Shown: piece by piece, positions 6,888 through 12,323 of the stretch | Position numbering within the stretch: position 1 is the first letter of the stretch | Layout: every line of letters begins with the position of its first letter | Assembly: GCA_950072105.1 (NCBI GenBank) | Contig: CATMOE010000084.1 | Coordinates: 1-12,323, forward strand | Direction of reading: 5' to 3' | Length of the DNA: 12,323 nt | Source: an uncultured Dehalococcoidia bacterium | Lineage (GTDB): Bacteria; Chloroflexota; Dehalococcoidia; Lucifugimonadales; UBA3495 | Position numbers and translations under genes: made by a program | The notes under the pieces: generated by a model | Told to the model about the DNA's origin: nothing | The model's database searches: none | What the model saw: only the letters and a program-made list of their open reading frames with translations

Positions 6888-8183
6888 TCAGTCAACACTC
6901 CAAGTAGATCTTTGACTTGCCTCGTTCTGCAAATGACCGACGATCCAATCCTTCACCGATTCCGCAACGTAAAAGGTGGGGTGAATCAAATCCCCGTCGT
7001 CAAAAATCTGCCCGTCTGATCGCGCCTGTTCCGTCGACCTCGATCCGGGCAACATGCGTATCCCCACCCTTAGGTTGGCCACCGCGGGATTGATATCCCG
7101 AAGAAAGACTAGTTTCCGCTCCACGGTTTCTCGGGTTTCTCCGGGGGCACCGAATGTTTGACCGACGGTGTACGGGAGGTCGCCTTCCTCACACAAGCGG
7201 CAAACTTGGAGCATCTGGTCCAGGCGGACGGACAGGTCCTCTGGGTCATAGGCATCGACTACTAAGTCGCCGATTATCACCAAACCGCATCCTGCTTCTT
7301 TCATAAGGCCAATCAATTCCTGATCGCAACTCCGGGGAACAAGGCCGGTGTTCCATTCTATCTCCAAATCAGAGTCGATCAAAGCTTGGCAAAAGGACTT
7401 GGCGTGATCGGGTGGGACGTTGAAACCGTTGGCGATGAAGAAGAACTTACTCAACCCCAGCCGATGCCTCAAATCCTTCACTTCGGCAACCACCTCTTCA
7501 AAAGGCCGCAGGTTGTGCCGGTCTTGATCATTGCTAGGGGCGCTCCGCGAAGGAGTCTGGTTTCCAAACCATTTGGTGATAACACCGATGCCGAATCCTG
7601 CCTCAGAGTATCTGTCTAGGTCTAAATCTTCCAGGCGCGGGGGCTTCATAACCCCTGTAGTCATCTGTTGTTCAGTCACTATGATTTTGTCATCTGCCCG
7701 GTACACCAGACCAGGTAAGTCTTTATATGACTCCCCTCGTTCGAGACGGTCGGCCAAGTCGGAAAAGGAATCTCCGCCGCTACCAGTGATGCCCATATCA
7801 GGCCCAATATAATCGAAACACTCGTATGGGAGGATACTGAAAGCAGGGCCTCCGCAGACGATCGTGGCTTGGCTGATTGACCGAATCAGGTCGGTGACCT
7901 GCTTGGTGATAGGGAGCACCGACTGAGGGTTCAAATTACTTCCGTTATCTAGGTTGCGAATAGACAGTCCCACTAATCCAGGCTGAAAATCTTTCATCGC
8001 CCTTTCTACATCACCTAAGTAATCATCGGCAAACATGAGATCCAACATTTTTGTAGTGTGTCGTTCAGGGTCCAAGTACCCGGCGATGTAGGCCAGGCCT
8101 ATTGGAAGGGGTTGGGCCTGAATGTTGGTCATGTAGCGCCCATGGCGGTTGGTTGCGATCAGCAGGATGTTCATTGTTTTCAT
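6888..8183 (-). CDS. Cobalamin (B12)-binding domain / radical-SAM-fold protein lacking the CxxxCxxC cluster motif
   Basis: 431 aa. The B12-binding N domain shows 'PLPIGLAYIAGYL', 'LVGLSIRNLDN' and 'IVCGGPAFS'. Radical SAM barrel features are 'LRPFEEVVAEV', 'LMKEAGC' and 'FGAPGETRETV'. No CxxxCxxC is present. The start could be 8183 or 8174. Confidence 0.85.
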   Translation of the reverse strand: MKTMNILLIATNRHGRYMTNIQAQPLPIGLAYIAGYLDPERHTTKMLDLMFADDYLGDVERAMKDFQPGLVGLSIRNLDNGSNLNPQSVLPITKQVTDLIRSISQATIVCGGPAFSILPYECFDYIGPDMGITGSGGDSFSDLADRLERGESYKDLPGLVYRADDKIIVTEQQMTTGVMKPPRLEDLDLDRYSEAGFGIGVITKWFGNQTPSRSAPSNDQDRHNLRPFEEVVAEVKDLRHRLGLSKFFFIANGFNVPPDHAKSFCQALIDSDLEIEWNTGLVPRSCDQELIGLMKEAGCGLVIIGDLVVDAYDPEDLSVRLDQMLQVCRLCEEGDLPYTVGQTFGAPGETRETVERKLVFLRDINPAVANLRVGIRMLPGSRSTEQARSDGQIFDDGDLIHPTFYVAESVKDWIVGHLQNEASQRSTWSVD

Positions 8184-8264
8184 CTACTCTAATGAGAGTC
8201 AAAACTAAGGTTCCTGAAGGGCTGATGCCGTTTTTCCTGACAAGCTTTGGCTATTTAACCTTTG

Positions 8265-8585
8265 CTAGTGAATAACGGAGGCTGCGGTGGGTTCGATCCG
8301 TGTCACCACAATCTTGTCCCGGTCCAACATCTCCGGAATCTTGGGAGCAATGTTATTCACCCACTCATCGCTCTGGTAGACGGCTTCGTATAGCCGCTGG
8401 CGCTCGCTTTCGCTCTCAAAGCGGCGTATCCATACATACAGGTCTAGTTCCTCTTCGCCCACAAAGCTGCCTACAATCACCATGCCCTTGGACACCTGGA
8501 AGGGTATGATGATCTCTTCCATGTATTTGACCCAATTGTTGCGCTGGCCGGGATGAGTCCTGTATTGCCTGAGTTCTAAGAACAT
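8265..8585 (-). CDS. NIPSNAP family protein
   Basis: 106 aa. 'FLELRQYRTHPG' and 'YVWIRRFESESERQRLYEAVYQSDEW' are typical NIPSNAP motifs. AGGAGA RBS at 8591-8596. Confidence 0.9.
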   Translation of the reverse strand: MFLELRQYRTHPGQRNNWVKYMEEIIIPFQVSKGMVIVGSFVGEEELDLYVWIRRFESESERQRLYEAVYQSDEWVNNIAPKIPEMLDRDKIVVTRIEPTAASVIH

Positions 8586-8727
8586 GTCAATCTCCTATGC
8601 GCACTCGTCAAGTTTACCAATTATAAGTATCCGGCAAACCTGAGGAGACCACCAGTGCTGAAGAGACCCGCTGGTCTACATCGGGGCCATCTTGGCGGTT
8701 GAATCCCTCGATGGTATCAAGATGTAA

Positions 8728-9066
8728 TCAGAGGACGGCCGATCCGGCCTGCGCACACTCTTCGTCCTCTTGAGCGGTGGCACCACTACCACCTATAGCC
8801 CCCACCAGTTCGCCGTTCTTGTGCAATGGCACCGCGCCTTGTGCCGGAAGCATCCGACCTCCCATATTGGCGATGATGGCCTGTATAACCGGAGAATCGG
8901 CCTGCAACGCTCCACTGGCGCGCCCAAACCCAGCGGAGGCGGCCGCTTTACCTTGAGAAACGATCGCGCTAACAGCGCTGGCTCCTTCCATGCGGTTGAA
9001 TGCGAGTAGACTCCCACCAGCGTCGCACACTGCAATGCTTACTTTGACGCCGTGTTCCAACGTCAA
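8728..9066 (-). CDS. GlcG/HbpS-family heme-binding protein, apparently 5'-truncated (possible pseudogene)
   Basis: 'VSIAVCDAGGSLLAFNRMEGA', 'KAAAS' and 'GAVPLHKNGELVGAIGGSGATAQEDEECA' are typical. Only 112 aa; the N-terminal helix is absent and the TTG start has no clear RBS. Confidence 0.8.
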   Translation of the reverse strand: MTLEHGVKVSIAVCDAGGSLLAFNRMEGASAVSAIVSQGKAAASAGFGRASGALQADSPVIQAIIANMGGRMLPAQGAVPLHKNGELVGAIGGSGATAQEDEECAQAGSAVL

Positions 9067-9168
9067 TTCTGTGTGAGTAAGATGTCCGACCCGTACATTT
9101 GAAGTGCCGATGCAAACTTCAAGGCTTTTAACTCCGTGTCCGGCGTGGTGAACTCAGCAAAGGGTACC

Positions 9169-10344
9169 TCACATGCTCTGGCGGATGATGCCATACATGT
9201 GCCGGTACAACTTTGCCCCTTCTTTCACCAGTTCCCAAACTCCGCCTTCACTGCCCGGGCGTACGTGTTCAAAGGCCAGAACTTCGGTGTACCGGTAGTC
9301 ACCCCGGTGCTTTACGGACTCCGCTAAGCGTCTCGATTCGGCTGCCGGGACCAAACGGTCGTCACGATCGTGCATGATCATTAGGCGAGCCTTGATGTCT
9401 CCCACATGGGTACTCGGAGAGATGCGTCTCATGCTGGCTTGAAATTCCTCGGGCAAAGACTCATAAATCTCTTCCGCGCGTTGCAAAGTGGTACCGTCCA
9501 GCAACTCGCTAACCTGTTGTGACTGCGGGGATAAACTACTCATGTCAGCCTGGGTGGATTGCCCACTCTCCATGTATACCGCCCGTAACACCTTTTGTTC
9601 CCGCGGGTCATGGATGGTCTCAATCAGTTCGTTGGCGAAAACCCTGAAGGTCAGCTGGTCCACATCCCAAGGGGTGCTTTGCCCCTCGTATATCCGGGAT
9701 CTACTGCTAATCTGTAGCAATAAATCCCGTGCATCGAAGTAAGACCCGAAGGAGTTGAGGAACAGCACCTCGTCGCGTATCCTGGGGTCGGCCGAAGCCA
9801 CCAAGGCAAAAGCCGCTCCTACACAGAATCCCCCCATGCCGACCCGGTCCCCTACCACATAGTCCTGGGATTTAAGGTATTTAAAAGCCCAAACCAGGTT
9901 GTCAATCTCGTCGGGGTCGATGTTCTGTCGCAAGGCCATGGTGGGTGACCAATGGAACATTGTCACAAACCCGGCGCGGGCCAACGCGTTACCCAGGTTG
10001 AGCACGTCTGGGTCATCTCGCCCAGCTGCGTTGGCGCCCAGGAAAATCAGAACAGCTGCCCGTTGTCGCCCGTCGGGGATCCGGTAGATGTCCGCCAAGC
10101 CGGTTCCGGTGGCCTGGGGATACCTGACTTCCTGGCGCTGAGGCTCCCCGGTGAACCAAGACTGGGGTTTTGCTCCCACATCCAAAACTTGTGTCACGAA
10201 AAGAACCGTGTGGAATCCGGTTCGCCCCGGGGCAGTGAATGAAACGAAGATCACAAGGATTGATCCGAGACCCACCAGCACCAAAAGAGGGCGCCAGATC
10301 CATTTGCTTACGGAACGTATCAAATACAATTCAATCCTGTCCAA
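9169..10344 (-). CDS. Membrane-anchored alpha/beta-hydrolase-fold protein (GxCxG nucleophile elbow)
   Basis: 391 aa. N-terminal hydrophobic segment 'LLVLVGLGSILVIFVSF', nucleophile elbow 'RVGMGGFCVGAAFAL', candidate Asp in 'HDRDDRLVP' and His in 'FEHV'. TTG start uncertain. Confidence 0.78.
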   Translation of the reverse strand: MDRIELYLIRSVSKWIWRPLLVLVGLGSILVIFVSFTAPGRTGFHTVLFVTQVLDVGAKPQSWFTGEPQRQEVRYPQATGTGLADIYRIPDGRQRAAVLIFLGANAAGRDDPDVLNLGNALARAGFVTMFHWSPTMALRQNIDPDEIDNLVWAFKYLKSQDYVVGDRVGMGGFCVGAAFALVASADPRIRDEVLFLNSFGSYFDARDLLLQISSRSRIYEGQSTPWDVDQLTFRVFANELIETIHDPREQKVLRAVYMESGQSTQADMSSLSPQSQQVSELLDGTTLQRAEEIYESLPEEFQASMRRISPSTHVGDIKARLMIMHDRDDRLVPAAESRRLAESVKHRGDYRYTEVLAFEHVRPGSEGGVWELVKEGAKLYRHMYGIIRQSM

Positions 10345-10717
10345 AATGTTGTATGGGGTACGTTATTTACCAGATGAACGAGTTGTTGTATAGGAGAGGT
10401 AGCTTATAGTGTACAGGGTCAGATTTGTTTCGGCACCAATCAATACGTTGGCAATCTGGGTGCTATCAATAGCCTAACTTCGGGTCAAAACCAAGACGGC
10501 TAAGCCGAAGCTAACTTACATCTGATTAGTGCAAACAGATTTGAACTGCGGACCTACTACGCAAGGGGGGCACTACGTATGCTGCGGTCAGGCGGTCGAT
10601 CAAGGGTTAAGGAGCCGCCTTAAAATCAAGATGGGCTAACCTTACACCCAGCTTCTATCCAGGCTTTTAATGCTTCCTCATCGGCTAGTCTCGTTTAACA
10701 GACTTTCCACGCGTTTG

Positions 10718-11962
10718 CTACGCCTCCAGACGACGAAGGACAGGCCGCCAGATCCCAAGCCACACGGCAACCACTAGAGTCATCGCCGCGCCACCGGTGA
10801 TGGCAACGGGCCAGCTTATAATCTCGGCCACCACCGCCAGGGGCAGCGCACCGAGATAATGAACCGCCGGTGCGAGCTGTAATACGCTCAATACCCGGCC
10901 CCGTAGCTGAGGTGGCACGTTAAGCTGGATCAGGGTGGTAGCCAATGGCCAGAAAAACCCGAAACTCATTACCCCCACAAACAAGAATATGATCCATGAT
11001 GCCCAGTACCAGGGCGACCAGGCAAATAAAATCAGGAACACACTTAGAAGCAGCACCGATCCCATAAGCAGCCAGGTCTTGCGCCGGAAATCCCCCAGCG
11101 AAGCCAGGATGAGACTTCCCAGCAAGGAGCCAAGGCCCGCGCCCAGCAGCAGCAGGCCGGTGCCGCCCGCTCCAACATCCAGCACCTCTTTGGTGAAGGC
11201 GGGCAGGACCTGACGGTGCGACATGCCAAAGAAGGCGAATGCTACTGCTATCCCTATGATGGTGTACAGTACGGGCGTTGACCGGATGCATTGCAGTCCG
11301 GCTTGGAGGTCTCCTAGCAACGTTGCCTTTGCGGCCGGCGCCCTCGATGGCAAGTCCTTGATCAACAACAGGAATACGATCCCCGCTAGGTACAGCCCCG
11401 CGTTAACCATTAGAGTGGTGCCTATCCCCGCCAGCTCGATAATTCCTCCGGCCAACGCCGGCCCTATGATTTGCCCGGTCTGATTCACCATGGTATGCAG
11501 CGCCACGGCGTTCATGATGTCCTTGCGCTCCACCAAGTCTGCTACCAAGGCCATGCGAGCGGGCATATTCAGAGCCTGAACCGTTCCCAGAAGGAACATG
11601 ATGGCGTAAATGTGCCAAATCTCCACCAGGTCAGTAATTTTCAGGATGGCAAGGGCGAGCACCAGGACCGAAACGACAAGACGGGTGGATATTAACAGCC
11701 TGAGTCTGTTTGCACGGTCGGCGATGACGCCGCCCAACATGGCGAAGGCCAGGTTAGGGATACCGTAGGCGAAGACCACCAGGCCAAGCTGGATGGAAGA
11801 GCCGGTAATGTCCAACACCAGTAAGCCGAGAACCAGGAACTGCATGCCCTGGGCCATGGCCTGGGCAGCGCCGTTTATCCAGAACCAGCGGAAGTTCCTA
11901 TAGCGGAGGGCGCTAAAGATGTGAAACCTATCTCCTATTCTGGTGACCTGTGAGAGCGGCAA
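10718..11962 (-). CDS. MFS transporter (MFS_3 / EntS-like efflux family)
   Basis: 414 aa. 'FSALRYRNFRWFW', 'GGVIADRANRLRLL', 'PARMALVADLV' and 'IQLNVPPQLRGRVLS', with about 12 TM segments. Confidence 0.92.
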   Translation of the reverse strand: MPLSQVTRIGDRFHIFSALRYRNFRWFWINGAAQAMAQGMQFLVLGLLVLDITGSSIQLGLVVFAYGIPNLAFAMLGGVIADRANRLRLLISTRLVVSVLVLALAILKITDLVEIWHIYAIMFLLGTVQALNMPARMALVADLVERKDIMNAVALHTMVNQTGQIIGPALAGGIIELAGIGTTLMVNAGLYLAGIVFLLLIKDLPSRAPAAKATLLGDLQAGLQCIRSTPVLYTIIGIAVAFAFFGMSHRQVLPAFTKEVLDVGAGGTGLLLLGAGLGSLLGSLILASLGDFRRKTWLLMGSVLLLSVFLILFAWSPWYWASWIIFLFVGVMSFGFFWPLATTLIQLNVPPQLRGRVLSVLQLAPAVHYLGALPLAVVAEIISWPVAITGGAAMTLVVAVWLGIWRPVLRRLEA

Positions 11963-12162
11963 TATTATTTCAGCCGGCTTCTATCTGCTAAGCCGGTAGC
12001 GGCCCTGATCATTTCTGCGCGGCATCCAATCCTGACCAAAATCAAGGCGCACACATTTGGCGGTCCCCGGACCCAGAAAAGAGAATCATCGGTTGGACCG
12101 TGTTCGGGATTGCCTTTGGAATAGGCGAAGTATTCGGCTGCTCCAATTGGTGACCACGGGCT

Positions 12163-12245
12163 CGCCTGGATGCAGGCGAGGATGAAAACGGGCACGTCCT
12201 ACATGTGGTCTTCCAGAATTTAGCCACACTGTAAACTCGCGGCTG
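12163..12245 (-). pseudogene. Decayed fragment of a nitroreductase-family protein
   Basis: Joining two minus frames across a 1-nt shift at ~12216 gives QPRVYSVAKF-LEDHM*DVPVFILACIQA. This resembles the nitroreductase segment (R..SA.yLaeHm.evPvlil.Ci). In-frame TAG at 12199-12201. Confidence 0.5.
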
Positions 12246-12323
12246 GTGACGGCAAATCTCCATTTACTCTGATGATCGGATTTAGGCCCACGCGAGTGAC
12301 AATTCCCATTGGTGAGTCAATTC

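Noticed and set aside
8652..8700. Fourth repeat copy (ccagtgctgaagaga, 14/15 match to copy 2)
   Set aside because: Similarity does not extend without large gaps, so it may be chance.
212..11695. Numerous short antisense or alternative-frame ORFs inside the main genes
   Set aside because: Shadow ORFs of GC-rich coding sequence with no motifs or RBS.
12085..12153. + strand peptide VFGIAFGIGEVFGCSNW resembling a TM segment of the first MFS
   Set aside because: Only 6/17 identities in low-complexity hydrophobic sequence, with no flanking homology.

Overview
Bacterial window with ten intact or near-intact genes, nine on the minus strand. In order they are a DinB/MDMPI-family metalloprotein with a C-terminal SCP2-like domain, an atypical SDR, a PPOX-class (probably F420/FMN) split-barrel protein, an MFS transporter, a + strand amidase-signature enzyme, a B12-binding radical-SAM-fold protein, a NIPSNAP protein, a 5'-truncated GlcG/HbpS protein, a membrane-anchored alpha/beta hydrolase and a second MFS transporter. 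The repertoire resembles Dehalococcoidia/SAR202-type Chloroflexota (inference only). There are three main points of interest. (1) A ~76-bp intergenic repeat occurs in three same-orientation, ungapped copies (53, 1191, 4862) with codon-like 3-periodic divergence; two copies flank the MDMPI gene and one has TGA aligned to a Cys codon. (2) Several full-length enzymes have non-canonical catalytic motifs: the radical SAM protein lacks CxxxCxxC, the amidase has Thr at the cis-Ser position, the SDR lacks YxxxK and the hydrolase has GxCxG. (3) The spacers hold decayed gene fragments missed by the ORF track (tyrosine recombinase, PD40/TolB repeat, nitroreductase). No rRNA, tRNA or CRISPR array was seen. 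All family calls come from motif recognition by eye, not database searches.
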